From the NCBI GenBank assembly GCA_031553435.1, contig JAVBLQ010000033.1, forward strand, positions 846 through 64,845: a stretch of 64,000 bases of DNA. The letters are read 5' to 3'. Made by a program: the position numbers and the translations under genes. Numbering within the stretch: the stretch's first letter is position 1; the number at the start of each line of letters is the position of its first letter. Origin of the DNA: Bacteroidales bacterium. GTDB taxonomy: Bacteria > Bacteroidota > Bacteroidia > Bacteroidales > Azobacteroidaceae. Below are positions 19,109 through 29,115 of this stretch, piece after piece. The notes under the pieces are model-generated. The model made no database searches. It saw only the letters and a list, made by a program, of their open reading frames with translations, and was not told the DNA's origin.

Positions 19109-19396
19109 ATGAAAGGAGAATTAATCATAGTAAATGAATATTGTCTGAAATGCAATATCGAACCTTCCTTCATCCTGTTATTAGAAGAAGTAGGACTGAT
19201 TGAAATCCGTGAAATAGCCAATGAAAAATATTTTCATACATCCCAATTGTATGAATTAGAAAAGTATATCCGTTGGTATTATGATTTATCCATCAATATA
19301 GAAGGAATCGAAGTCATCAAACATTTGCTTGAAAAAATGAATGTGATGAGGGAAGAAATCAGGGAATTGAGGATGAGGCTAAATGCTTTTGATTAA
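19109..19396 (+). CDS. chaperone modulator CbpM-like (MerR-type fold)
   Basis: About 95 aa, directly downstream of cbpA. Size and position match CbpM. Start chosen at the ATG at 19109. Confidence 0.55.
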   Translation: MKGELIIVNEYCLKCNIEPSFILLLEEVGLIEIREIANEKYFHTSQLYELEKYIRWYYDLSINIEGIEVIKHLLEKMNVMREEIRELRMRLNAFD

Positions 19397-19512
19397 GTGA
19401 AAAATTAAAAGTTAACTTCATTAGTGTTACTCCTGTAAAACGATTTGTTTCAAAATCCAAAGAAAGCTTACAGACACAAAAATATAAGTAACGACCGTAT
19501 AAATATATTGTT

Positions 19513-19520
19513 TATATTTG
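19513..19520 (+). promoter_or_regulatory. candidate -7 promoter box TATATTTG
   Basis: TAnnTTTG match 52 nt upstream of the 19572 start. Confidence 0.35.
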
Positions 19521-19571
19521 TAATAATTTTGAACTCATAATTCCTTTATTATTAACTTTAATAATGTTATT

Positions 19572-21962
19572 ATGAGAAGAAAATTTTTTACCCTGTTTGC
19601 CTTATTGTGGACAATTGTAGCAATTGCTGATGTTCCCTTTGTTTATACAGTTGAAAACACAGGAGTTGGTTGTACGGCTCCTCCTCTGCCTTCTGTTAAT
19701 GACTTACCTTCAATTGTTCGCTTACCAGATCCGTTTGCCTGGTCTGATGGACATGGGAGGATCACTTCTTTTGATGACTGGAAATGTCGTCGCTCCGAAA
19801 TTAAAGCTGAAATTGAACATTACGAAATTGGCGTAAAACCCAATCGTCCGGCAAACATTTCAGCTACTTATTCAGGAAACATACTTACAGTCACTGTAAT
19901 TGAAAACGAAAAAACAGTTACATTGAAATCAAATGTTGTAATGCCTACAGCAGGTACAGGTCCGTTTCCTGTTATTATCGGAATGAATAGTCCTACAGGA
20001 AGTCTCTCTTCCTCAATCTTTTCAAGCTGTATACAGATCCCATTCATGCATGATCAGGTTGCTACGTATAATATGAGTGGAACAAAAGATCTGAATTCTC
20101 CTTTTTACCAAATGTATCCGGAGCTTTCGCAGGCGGGAGATTATTGTGCATGGTCATGGGGCGTCAGCCGTTTAATCGATGGAATAGAACTGGTGCAGCA
20201 ACAACTGAATGCCGATCTAAAACATATCGGAGTAACAGGTTGTTCTTACGCAGGTAAAATGGCGTTGTTTGCCGGAGCTTTCGATGAACGGATTGCACTT
20301 ACCATCGCTCAGGAATCAGGTGGCGGAGGAACAGCTTCATGGCGTATTTCGGAAACTCTCGGCAGTGTTGAAAAAATAAGCAGCACCAATTATTCATGGT
20401 TTATGCCGGCTTTAAGGGATAATTTCAACGGAAAAGTTGAAAAATTACCTTATGATCATCATGAATTATTATCCATGATAGCGCCCCGAGCATTATTGGC
20501 TTTAGGAAATGACGGATGGACCTGGATGGCTGATGAATCAGGCTACATAGCATGTATGGCAGCCAGAGAAGTATGGAAATTGATGGGCGTAGAAGATAGA
20601 TTTGGTTTTGATTTTACCGGCGGACACAATCATTGTTCTGCTGCTCAAAGTCAAGTTGCAGCCGTCACAAGTTTTGTTGATAGATTTTTGTGTGGTAACA
20701 ATGATATAAATACTAACATTTTAACATCTCCCTATCAAAATGTAAACTATCAGTTCTGGATCAGTGACTGGGCAAATGTAACAGAGCCCGATGTAGCATT
20801 AGAGAAAGTTTGGCTCGAAGCAGAATCAGTAGATTGCGTAACCATCGGTAGTGATTTTGCTGTAAAAGAAGACCCTAATGCTTCGAATGGAAAATATGTA
20901 ACGGCAAAAGACAATCTGAACAGTCTGGATGCAGCGCCTGGAGTACAAGGATTAATAACCATTCCTTTTACAGTAAATAAACACCGGGATTTTCATGTAT
21001 ATTTTCGTTTGAATTGTCCGGCCGGAAGCGAAGATTCATTCTGGGTACAAATAGATAATGGCCCGTTTGTTGCCTATGACGGATTAAATACTAACGGCGA
21101 ATGGCAATGGACTCATATCGTGAGCCAGGCTTTACTCGCAGGCCCTCATAAAATCAATATTGGTTATCGTGAAAATGGCGCTAAACTAGACAAAATATGT
21201 ATTACAAACGATCCGGCTAACCAGCTTCCAACAGGAATGGGGGAGTCGGAAACAGGGTGTGTTTCCATACCGAAATACTTTATTTTTGATTTTGAAACGG
21301 GAAATATTACCGGTTGGACAAAACAAAATCCGGGAAGAGGAATCGATATTACGCAAGAAGACAAATATTCGGGAGAATATGCCTTGAAAATGGTCAACGG
21401 TACAGGGACAAGTGCATGGAGCATACAAGCATTTACACCTCCGGTTGAAGTCGTATCAGGACATGCATACAATGTTTCATTTTGGATAAGAGCTGTAGGA
21501 GGAGGGGGTAAAGGACGAATTTCGACAACTGGCTCCGGACAATTGGGAAATCAATATTGGGCTGATTTTACTGTAGGAGATACATGGCAACAAGTTGCAT
21601 ATAAAAATTTAACAGCTACAGGAAATACCGTGCAATTAGCTTTTGATATGGGATATATTGCCAATAAAACTTATTACATAGATGATATTGAGTTTAAGGA
21701 TATCTCTGTTGATCCTCAACCTACTGTCATTATACCTGATATTGAAATTTCAGATATAAAGATGTTTTCTCCGGCTCCGGGTGTACTCAATGTAATGGCT
21801 CCTGAAAATTCGAAAGTGAAGATTACTGATATCATCGGAAGAACAATCGGAACATACAGTGTCCAGACGTATTCATTGGAATTATCTTTGTACACAGGAA
21901 CTTATATTGTCAGCATCGAAAATAAAAATAGAACCTGGACTCAGAAAGTCCTTGTGAAGTAG
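19572..21962 (+). CDS. CE15-like glucuronoyl esterase with carbohydrate-binding modules and T9SS C-terminal sorting domain
   Basis: 796 aa with a signal peptide. Esterase core has serine block GVTGCSYAGKMALFAG (CE15 consensus is GCSRxGK). Two beta-sandwich CBM-like regions follow (WLEAES...KICITND; GWTKQNPG...YYIDDIEF). The terminal ~75 aa end in GTYIVSIENKNRTWTQKVLVK, a T9SS type A pattern. Confidence 0.65.
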   Translation: MRRKFFTLFALLWTIVAIADVPFVYTVENTGVGCTAPPLPSVNDLPSIVRLPDPFAWSDGHGRITSFDDWKCRRSEIKAEIEHYEIGVKPNRPANISATYSGNILTVTVIENEKTVTLKSNVVMPTAGTGPFPVIIGMNSPTGSLSSSIFSSCIQIPFMHDQVATYNMSGTKDLNSPFYQMYPELSQAGDYCAWSWGVSRLIDGIELVQQQLNADLKHIGVTGCSYAGKMALFAGAFDERIALTIAQESGGGGTASWRISETLGSVEKISSTNYSWFMPALRDNFNGKVEKLPYDHHELLSMIAPRALLALGNDGWTWMADESGYIACMAAREVWKLMGVEDRFGFDFTGGHNHCSAAQSQVAAVTSFVDRFLCGNNDINTNILTSPYQNVNYQFWISDWANVTEPDVALEKVWLEAESVDCVTIGSDFAVKEDPNASNGKYVTAKDNLNSLDAAPGVQGLITIPFTVNKHRDFHVYFRLNCPAGSEDSFWVQIDNGPFVAYDGLNTNGEWQWTHIVSQALLAGPHKINIGYRENGAKLDKICITNDPANQLPTGMGESETGCVSIPKYFIFDFETGNITGWTKQNPGRGIDITQEDKYSGEYALKMVNGTGTSAWSIQAFTPPVEVVSGHAYNVSFWIRAVGGGGKGRISTTGSGQLGNQYWADFTVGDTWQQVAYKNLTATGNTVQLAFDMGYIANKTYYIDDIEFKDISVDPQPTVIIPDIEISDIKMFSPAPGVLNVMAPENSKVKITDIIGRTIGTYSVQTYSLELSLYTGTYIVSIENKNRTWTQKVLVK

Positions 21963-21973
21963 AAAAACGCTTT

Positions 21974-22049
21974 AAAAATTAACAATTAAGAATGAAAAAT
22001 GGGACTTGCACCTGACAATTCATTTTTCATTCTTAATTGTTAATTTTTT
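21974..22049 (+). terminator. long near-perfect hairpin plus T-run (AATTAAGAATGAAAAATG words), loop ACTTGCACCT
   Basis: aaaaattaacaattaagaatgaaaaatg pairs with ttcatttttcattcttaattgttaattttt (about 28 bp), followed by ttttttt. Lies 12 nt after the CE15 stop. Confidence 0.75.
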
Positions 22050-22110
22050 TTATACTAAACTTTAACTATAAATAAATAAAACAAAACTTTATTACTAATT
22101 GTTTTCTATA

Positions 22111-22118
22111 TAACTTTG
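22111..22118 (+). promoter_or_regulatory. candidate -7 promoter box TAACTTTG
   Basis: TAnnTTTG match 27 nt upstream of the kup start. Confidence 0.35.
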
Positions 22119-22144
22119 CAGCCGTTTTTTTATTTATTCGGAAG

Positions 22145-24067
22145 ATGGATAAAACGCATTTTCATCGGAAGCACTCCCCATTCCATTGGATGGGGGTTAT
22201 TATTGCGATCGGGATTGTCTACGGAGATATCGGAACTTCTCCGCTTTATGTGATGAAAGCAGTGCTGAATGCATTGCCTCATAATCATCCGGAATACATT
22301 GTCGGCGCTGTTTCCTGTGTGATCTGGACGTTGACACTACAGACAACAATCAAATATGTTTTAATTACGCTGAAGGCAGATAACAAGGGCGAAGGCGGAA
22401 TTCTTTCCTTGTTTGCTTTGATCCGTAAAAAACATCGATGGGCATATGTCATTGCAGCTGTCGGAGCAGCGACACTTTTGGCTGATGGTATTATAACTCC
22501 ATCTATTACAGTTGTTTCTGCCATTGAAGGTCTGCATAATGTTTACAATGCTGTTCCGGTTATTCCGGTTGCTATCGGGATTGTACTGGTTCTTTTTGCG
22601 TTGCAGCCATTCGGGACAGCTTCTCTCGGGCGATTTTTCGGAGTGATTATGCTGGGCTGGTTCATCATGTTGGGAGTTGTCGGCTTGTCTAATTTCATCG
22701 AATATCCTGAAATCATCAAAGCGTTTAATCCATATTATGCCATCCGGTTTCTGATTACTTCACCTTCGATTTTGGTTATTTTAGGGGCCATATTTCTTTG
22801 TACGACCGGAGCGGAAGCATTATATTCCGACTTAGGTCATTGTGGTTTGGAAAACATCCGTGCATCCTGGATTTTTGTTAAAATAACTTTGATACTGAAT
22901 TATTTAGGACAAGGAGCCTGGATTATCAACCATCAGAGTCTGATTGTGAAAGATATCAATCCGTTTTTTGAAATTATGCCCTCGTGGTTTTCCATCTTTG
23001 GCGTGATATTGGCGACCTTAGCTGCTATCATTGCCAGCCAGGCTTTGATAAGCGGTTCGTTTACAGTTATTACCGAAGCTATATCTTTGGATCTATGGCC
23101 GAATATCAAGATCAAATATCCTACTGAAGTGAAAGGGCAGATGTTTATTCCAAGCATTAATTGGGTATTGATGTTGCTTTGTATCGTGATGATTCTGGTT
23201 TTTCAAAGTTCGTCCAATATGGAAGCTGCTTACGGACTTTCCATTTCAATTACAATGTTGATGACTACCATGCTGCTTTTCCTTTATTTCAATGTGAAAA
23301 AAATATCTTTGTGGAGAGCAGTTCCGATTACACTTTGTTTTCTGATCATTGAAAGCGGTTTTCTGATGGCTAACAGTGTGAAATTCGTTCATGGAGGTTA
23401 TATTACTATCCTTATTGCAGGCGTTTTATTTTTTATCATGTTTGTCTGGTACAATGGCCGTAGAATTAAAAACCGTTGTATCACATACGAAAAAATCGGA
23501 CCGGTCATTCCGATATTAGATTCTTTGAATCAGGATGAACAGGTTCCTAAATATGCCACACACTTGGTTTATGTAACCCGGGCAAAGTATAAATCAGAAA
23601 TAGAAAGTAAAATAGCTTACTCCTTATTAAGCAGACAACCTAAACGTGCGGATACTTATTGGTTTGTTTATCTTCAGAGAAGTGACGAACCTTATCAGTT
23701 TGAATATAAAATCACCACTTTTGTAGAAAAGAAAATATTCAGGATCGATATTTTAGCAGGTTTCAAAATAGGTCTCCATATGGATACATACATTAAAAAG
23801 ATTGCAAAGAAAATGGAGGCTGATGGAATTGTGGATTTGATCAGTCGTTATCCCTCATTGAAAAAACATAAAATCAAAGGAGACTTCCGGTTTATGGTTA
23901 TTGAACGTGTGATGAGAAGCAATATCCATCTTTCGTTTTACAGGAAAACAATTTTGTCGTTGTATGCAGGAATTCAGAAATTTACAACTTCCGATACTCA
24001 GATACTGGATCTGGATCCTTCTAATGTGACGGTAGAGTCTGTGCCGTTGTTGAGGAGCCTGCCATGA
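22145..24067 (+). CDS. kup: KUP/HAK/KT potassium transporter
   Basis: 640 aa. N-terminal GIVYGDIGTSPLYVMK signature, about 12 TM helices and a cytoplasmic C-terminal domain. Confidence 0.9.
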   Translation: MDKTHFHRKHSPFHWMGVIIAIGIVYGDIGTSPLYVMKAVLNALPHNHPEYIVGAVSCVIWTLTLQTTIKYVLITLKADNKGEGGILSLFALIRKKHRWAYVIAAVGAATLLADGIITPSITVVSAIEGLHNVYNAVPVIPVAIGIVLVLFALQPFGTASLGRFFGVIMLGWFIMLGVVGLSNFIEYPEIIKAFNPYYAIRFLITSPSILVILGAIFLCTTGAEALYSDLGHCGLENIRASWIFVKITLILNYLGQGAWIINHQSLIVKDINPFFEIMPSWFSIFGVILATLAAIIASQALISGSFTVITEAISLDLWPNIKIKYPTEVKGQMFIPSINWVLMLLCIVMILVFQSSSNMEAAYGLSISITMLMTTMLLFLYFNVKKISLWRAVPITLCFLIIESGFLMANSVKFVHGGYITILIAGVLFFIMFVWYNGRRIKNRCITYEKIGPVIPILDSLNQDEQVPKYATHLVYVTRAKYKSEIESKIAYSLLSRQPKRADTYWFVYLQRSDEPYQFEYKITTFVEKKIFRIDILAGFKIGLHMDTYIKKIAKKMEADGIVDLISRYPSLKKHKIKGDFRFMVIERVMRSNIHLSFYRKTILSLYAGIQKFTTSDTQILDLDPSNVTVESVPLLRSLP

Positions 24068-24077
24068 AGAACTTATT

Positions 24078-25193
24078 TCACCATTCACATCGGTCACGAT
24101 TTGTAAAATATAAGTCGAGCATCTGCTTAGCTGCAATAAATGAGCTGATCTTTCCTTCCAGGATTTCCTGTTCTTTAGTTTCAAGAATAGATTGAATGTC
24201 AGGATTTTGATAAAAATTTGATTTCAGTTGTTCATTGATACTTTCATACATCCAGTATTTGGCTTGTTCGTTCCGTTTGTGTTGGAAATACTGATTTTCT
24301 TTGGTAAAAGAAATATACTCATCGATCATATCCCAGATTTCAGTAATTCCCAAATCATAAAAACCGGAATAAGTCAAAACTTTAGGAATCCAACCGGATT
24401 CCGGTAAAGGAAATAAATGCAGGGCATTGCGGAATTGTGCAGCTGCCAGTTTGGCGCGTTCTATATTATCTCCGTCGGCTTTGTTGATTATGATTCCATC
24501 AGCCATCTCCATGATTCCCCGTTTGATACCTTGAAGCTCATCTCCGGTACCTGCCAATTGTATAAGGAGAAAAAAATCAACCATCGAATGAACAGCCGTT
24601 TCCGATTGTCCGACACCGACAGTTTCTACGAAAATCGTGTCAAAACCTGCGGCTTCACAAAGTACGATTGTTTCTCTTGTTTTACGGGCAACACCGCCTA
24701 AAGATCCGGCTGAAGGAGAGGGGCGGATGAATGCGTCTTTTTCTCTCGAAAGTTTTTCCATTCTTGTTTTATCGCCCAGAATACTTCCTTTGGTGCGTTC
24801 GCTACTTGGATCGATAGCCAAGACTGCTAATTTTCTTTTTCTTTCATTAATAAGGTGAGTGCCGAAAGTATCTATGGAAGTACTTTTCCCGGCTCCGGGA
24901 ACGCCTGTAATACCGATTCTTGTGGAATTTCCGGAATAGGAAAGGCATTTTTCTATTACTTCTTGGGCTATTTGCTGGTGTTCGTATCTGGAGCTTTCGA
25001 CCAATGTAACAGCCTGGCTCAGGATAGTAATATTTCCTTTAACGATACCGTCAACATATTCGGCGGGAGAGTATTCTTTTCGTTGAATACGTTTTTTCGT
25101 AAGGTAAGGATTGATTGTTGGAGGTTGAGGGATTCCCTCATTAACCGTCAAACCTTTGTATTTGGGTTCGTTTTCGGGATGTTTGATCATCAC
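24078..25193 (-). CDS. meaB: methylmalonyl-CoA mutase-associated G3E GTPase (MeaB/ArgK)
   Basis: Blocks GVPGAGKST, VLAIDPSS, ETVGVGQSE and INKAD. No mutase gene lies in the window. Confidence 0.85.
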   Translation of the reverse strand: MMIKHPENEPKYKGLTVNEGIPQPPTINPYLTKKRIQRKEYSPAEYVDGIVKGNITILSQAVTLVESSRYEHQQIAQEVIEKCLSYSGNSTRIGITGVPGAGKSTSIDTFGTHLINERKRKLAVLAIDPSSERTKGSILGDKTRMEKLSREKDAFIRPSPSAGSLGGVARKTRETIVLCEAAGFDTIFVETVGVGQSETAVHSMVDFFLLIQLAGTGDELQGIKRGIMEMADGIIINKADGDNIERAKLAAAQFRNALHLFPLPESGWIPKVLTYSGFYDLGITEIWDMIDEYISFTKENQYFQHKRNEQAKYWMYESINEQLKSNFYQNPDIQSILETKEQEILEGKISSFIAAKQMLDLYFTNRDRCEW

Positions 25194-25201
25194 GATTGGA
25201 T

Positions 25202-26266
25202 TTATGATAATGATTTGATCGACAAATAAACGACCTTCGACGGATTATTGGGATCATTAGCTATGATAGTAACAAATCCGGAAAAACCATTGAAAACTTT
25301 TTTAGAATCGATGGCGATTTTGTAATTGGCAGTTTCACCCGGTTTAATTTCTTTCTTTCCTTGTGAAATGGTGATGGCATCCGAAGAAGATACGATGTCA
25401 CGGATCATCAGGTTACTTTTTCCGGTATTGGATATTCTCAATACTTTGGAGTTTTCTTTGCTGATGTTATCGAAGCTGATATAAGCCGGATTTAAACTCA
25501 GTACCGGAGAGTTTTCGCGTTGAGCAGATGTCAATGTTGAAAAATCATCCACGACAGTTGCTGTAGTTTTGATTGTTTGATTGGCTCCTTTTTTTCCATT
25601 AACCAATACATCGATTTCATTGAAGATCAAACCGTATTTTTTTGCTTTAGCTGCATCAAATGCAATGTTGATGCCACCTTCCTGTCCGGCAGCCAGTGTT
25701 GCCGGAGAAGGAGTAATGGTCATATATTGAGGAACATTGCCAAACGATATTGTTAAAGGCGCTGAACCACTGTTGTACACTTGAATGTATTGACTGGCAG
25801 ATTGTTTGTTGCTTAAATTGTTAAAAGCAAGTGTCGAGCTTTTCAATCTGAAATCACCCATTTGGATAGGATACAGAGACTGGGTTGTTTTTGCGTCGGC
25901 AATAACTTCTCCTTTAAGAGTTAAAACTAATGCACCCTCTTTACCATTGCTGAAAACAGAAACTGTCTTGGAAAACGGACCGGTTGTCGAAGGTTTAAAA
26001 GTTGTAGTAACAGTGCCGGTTGCTCCCGGAGCTATCGGACTTTTTGTCCAGGTTGGAGTTGTACAACCACACGATGCAGTCACATTATTGATTACAAGAT
26101 CGGCATTACCTGTATTTTTAACAACGAAATTGCAGGTAACAGCTCCTTTGTCTAACGAAATTTTACCAAAGTCGTAAGTCGGCTTTTCTGCACTGATAAC
26201 AGCTTGTGACATTGCTGAACTTCCGAAAAGCAATATCCCGAATAGAAAAAATATAATTCGTCTCAT
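25202..26266 (-). CDS. DUF1573 repeat protein (secreted)
   Basis: Signal peptide MRRIIFFLFGILLFGSSAMSQ. DUF1573 hallmark NTGNADLVINNVTASCGCTTPTW, followed by further Ig-like repeats. The ORF track start is 26302. Confidence 0.75.
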   Translation of the reverse strand: MRRIIFFLFGILLFGSSAMSQAVISAEKPTYDFGKISLDKGAVTCNFVVKNTGNADLVINNVTASCGCTTPTWTKSPIAPGATGTVTTTFKPSTTGPFSKTVSVFSNGKEGALVLTLKGEVIADAKTTQSLYPIQMGDFRLKSSTLAFNNLSNKQSASQYIQVYNSGSAPLTISFGNVPQYMTITPSPATLAAGQEGGINIAFDAAKAKKYGLIFNEIDVLVNGKKGANQTIKTTATVVDDFSTLTSAQRENSPVLSLNPAYISFDNISKENSKVLRISNTGKSNLMIRDIVSSSDAITISQGKKEIKPGETANYKIAIDSKKVFNGFSGFVTIIANDPNNPSKVVYLSIKSLS

Positions 26267-26331
26267 AAAATATAATTTGATTAAGTTATTACAATATAAC
26301 AAATTTGATGTTGCAAAGTTACAAAAAGGTC

Positions 26332-26369
26332 ATAACGTTATTGCGTTTTTAACGTTAAAACGTTTTAAC
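26332..26369. repeat. short AACGTT-word palindrome
   Basis: ataacgttattgcgtttttaacgttaaaacgttttaac, with near-perfect palindromic core at 26344-26362. Overlaps the HAD stop codon. Its words are related to the AAACGT hairpin at 32245-32329. Confidence 0.45.
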
Positions 26370-26979
26370 ATTGGAAGAAGAGTCTGTAATCCTCTCCTTC
26401 TTTAGGTTGAAAAGTTTTGAATCCGAGCAACTCTGCCGTTTTAACGTTGGAAGCTCCATCATCAATGAACAATGTTTCCGAAGGATTCAGATCGGCATCC
26501 TTTATCATTTTCATGAAAATCTCCGGATGCGGTTTGGTAACTCCCATCTGATAAGAGAGATAGAGCTTGTCGAAATAATCGTCCAATGGCTTGCCCGTTT
26601 CGGAAAAATTGGTTGATCGCGCCCAACTCATAATGATCGGATTGGTGTTGCTAAGCAGGTAAAGTTTGTATTTTTTCCTCAATTCAAGAAGAAAATCCAG
26701 ACGACCCTGGTTTACTGGGAGGAAAAATCCGAACCAACCATAATCGATACGTTCGTCGCTGATGTTTTTTCCGGCCAGTTCCCGCAAAGCATCATAAAAA
26801 TCATTTGCATCTAATTTTCCTTCCTCTAATTCCAGAAAAATACCGTTCTGTTTGTAAGCATCCAATAATTCGTCGGCATTTTCCAATCCGATTTCGATAA
26901 AACGCTTAACGGCAATTTTTCTATCGATATCGACAATCACACCGCCGAAATCGAAAACAATGTTTTTTATATTTTCCAT
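26365..26979 (-). CDS. HAD-superfamily hydrolase (subfamily IA, YihX-like)
   Basis: 204 aa. Motif I VFDFGGV, motif II LLSNTN, motif III/IV FIDDG. Confidence 0.75.
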   Translation of the reverse strand: MENIKNIVFDFGGVIVDIDRKIAVKRFIEIGLENADELLDAYKQNGIFLELEEGKLDANDFYDALRELAGKNISDERIDYGWFGFFLPVNQGRLDFLLELRKKYKLYLLSNTNPIIMSWARSTNFSETGKPLDDYFDKLYLSYQMGVTKPHPEIFMKMIKDADLNPSETLFIDDGASNVKTAELLGFKTFQPKEGEDYRLFFQC

Positions 26980-26987
26980 ATATTTTT

Positions 26988-27103
26988 GGGTTACGGGTTA
27001 CAAGTTACGGGTTACAGGTTACGAGTTACGGGTTACAAGTAAAATGCTATAGATTACTGATTATAACCTGTAACTTGTAACCTGTAACTTGTAACCCGCA
27101 ACC
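26988..27103. repeat. intergenic hairpin element, GTTACRR heptamer family
   Basis: Left arm 26988-27039 has 7 GTTACGG/GTTACAA/GTTACAG/GTTACGA heptamers. Right arm 27066-27103 is acctgtaacttgtaacctgtaacttgtaacccgcaacc. Lies in the divergent region between the HAD (-) and S9 peptidase (+) starts. Confidence 0.85.
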
Positions 27104-27207
27104 TTATCACTTTTTTGTTAAAATCGACACAAAAGTAATAAAATTATACTTAATAAAGCATTTTTATTTTACCTTCGTAATCTATTGATCATACTAAATT
27201 GTTATTT

Positions 27208-29115
27208 ATGAAAAAGAATCACATTTTATCGTTAGGCCTTGTCCTGATCATGTTATCATTTATTGCTATGAGTTGCAAAAACTCCAAGCCGGAAGTTGTA
27301 AAGATCCCAATGGAAGATTTTTTCAAAAATCCTGAAAAATCATCTTATTCTATTTCTCCCGATGGGAAATATTATTCTTACAAAGCTCCGTATAATCAAC
27401 GGATGAATATTTTTGTTCAGGAAATCGGTAAAGATTCGGCCATCCGTGTTACATCCGAAACAGAACGGGATGTTGCCGGTTATTTCTGGGCTAATAATAG
27501 CCGGATTCTTTTTGTGAAAGATACAGGAGGAGATGAAAATTTTCAACTGTATGGCGTGAATGCTGACGGCAGTGACATGAAAGCTTTGACGGCTTTCCCC
27601 AAAGTCAGAACAATGATTATTGACGATTTACCTGATATTGAAGAAGAAGTGATTATCGGTCTGAATAAACGCAATCCTCAGGTATTCGATCCCTATCGTT
27701 TGAATATTGTTACAGGAGAAATGACTATGCTTGCCGAAAATCCGGGGAATATACAAGGTTGGATGACCGATCACGATGGTAAACTTCGTGTGGCGATTGC
27801 ACTCGATGGCGTAAATACAAGTTTGCTGTATAGAGATAATGAAACTGATCCATTCAAAACTATTATTACCACCAGTTTCAAAGAAACTTTGAGTCCCTAT
27901 TTTTTTACATTTGATAATCAAAGACTTTATGCCGCTTCTAATATCGGAAGAGATAAAGAAGCTCTGGTTGAATTTGATCCTAAAACAGGAAAAGAAGTTT
28001 CAGTATTGTATGAAAATGATACTTACGATATTTCGGGCGCCAGTTATTCCCGTAAAGACAAAAAATTACAAGCAGTTTCTTTTATTTCCCATCAAAAAAG
28101 GGAACGTCATTTCTTTGATGAAAATTTCAAAATTATGTTTGATAAACTGGCTACAAAACTGCCTGGAGTTGAATTTGGTCTTTCTTCCAATACAAAAGAT
28201 GAAAATAAATATATTGTAGTTGCTTACAGCGATAAGTCTATGGGAACATATTATGTTTATGATGTAACCACAGACAATTTGTCGAAGATAGCGGATATTG
28301 CTCCCTGGCTGGATCAATCTATGATGGCAGATATGAATTGTGTAGAATATAAATCCCGTGACGGATTGAGAATCGAAGCTTATCTGACTTTGCCCAAAGG
28401 ATATACGATGGAGAATGCCAAAAATCTTCCGGTTGTTGTAAATCCACATGGCGGACCTTGGGCGCGCGATGATTGGGGATATTCTTCCGAAGTGCAATTC
28501 CTGGCCAACAGAGGTTATGCTGTTTTCCAAATGAATTTCAGAGGATCTACCGGTTATGGTAAAAAATTCTGGGAAACTTCTTTCAAAGAATGGGGAAAAA
28601 CTATGCAAAATGATATTACCGATGGCGTAAACTGGTTGATTGAAAAAGGAATAGCCGATCCTAAGAAAGTTGCAATTTATGGAGGAAGCTACGGCGGGTA
28701 TGCCACTTTGGCGGGAATGACTTTCACACCGGATCTGTATGCCTGTGGAATCGATTATGTAGGTGTGTCTAATTTGTTTACATTCCTGAATACAATACCT
28801 CCTTACTGGAAACCCATGCTGGACATGATGTATGAAATGGTAGGAGATCCGAAGGCCGACAGCACATTGCTGGCCAGTGCTTCTCCTGTATTCCATGCCG
28901 ATCAGATCAAAGCGCCGTTGTTTATTGCACAGGGAGCAAACGATCCACGTGTGAATAAAGACGAATCGGATCAAATGGTGGAAGCATTGAAGAAAAGAGG
29001 TGTTCAGGTCGAATATATGGTCAAAGATAATGAAGGCCACGGCTTCCACAACGAAGAAAACAGGTTTGATTTCTATCGTGCGATGGAAGCGTTTTTGGAG
29101 AAAAACCTGAAGTGA
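27208..29115 (+). CDS. S9-family serine peptidase (prolyl oligopeptidase / dipeptidyl aminopeptidase type)
   Basis: Signal or lipoprotein N-terminus (SC), beta-propeller half, then catalytic GGSYGGY, GANDPRV and EGHGF blocks. Confidence 0.85.
   Translation: MKKNHILSLGLVLIMLSFIAMSCKNSKPEVVKIPMEDFFKNPEKSSYSISPDGKYYSYKAPYNQRMNIFVQEIGKDSAIRVTSETERDVAGYFWANNSRILFVKDTGGDENFQLYGVNADGSDMKALTAFPKVRTMIIDDLPDIEEEVIIGLNKRNPQVFDPYRLNIVTGEMTMLAENPGNIQGWMTDHDGKLRVAIALDGVNTSLLYRDNETDPFKTIITTSFKETLSPYFFTFDNQRLYAASNIGRDKEALVEFDPKTGKEVSVLYENDTYDISGASYSRKDKKLQAVSFISHQKRERHFFDENFKIMFDKLATKLPGVEFGLSSNTKDENKYIVVAYSDKSMGTYYVYDVTTDNLSKIADIAPWLDQSMMADMNCVEYKSRDGLRIEAYLTLPKGYTMENAKNLPVVVNPHGGPWARDDWGYSSEVQFLANRGYAVFQMNFRGSTGYGKKFWETSFKEWGKTMQNDITDGVNWLIEKGIADPKKVAIYGGSYGGYATLAGMTFTPDLYACGIDYVGVSNLFTFLNTIPPYWKPMLDMMYEMVGDPKADSTLLASASPVFHADQIKAPLFIAQGANDPRVNKDESDQMVEALKKRGVQVEYMVKDNEGHGFHNEENRFDFYRAMEAFLEKNLK

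Noticed and set aside
21963-22144. Riboswitch or leader upstream of kup
   Set aside because: The region is explained by the CE15 terminator hairpin plus an AT-rich promoter with a TAnnTTTG box. I recognise no conserved riboswitch core.
28066-29049. 327-aa ORF on the minus strand
   Set aside because: It is antisense to the S9 peptidase catalytic domain, which carries clear GGSYGGY, DPRV and GHGF motifs. The antisense translation is Ile/Phe/His-rich with no motif.
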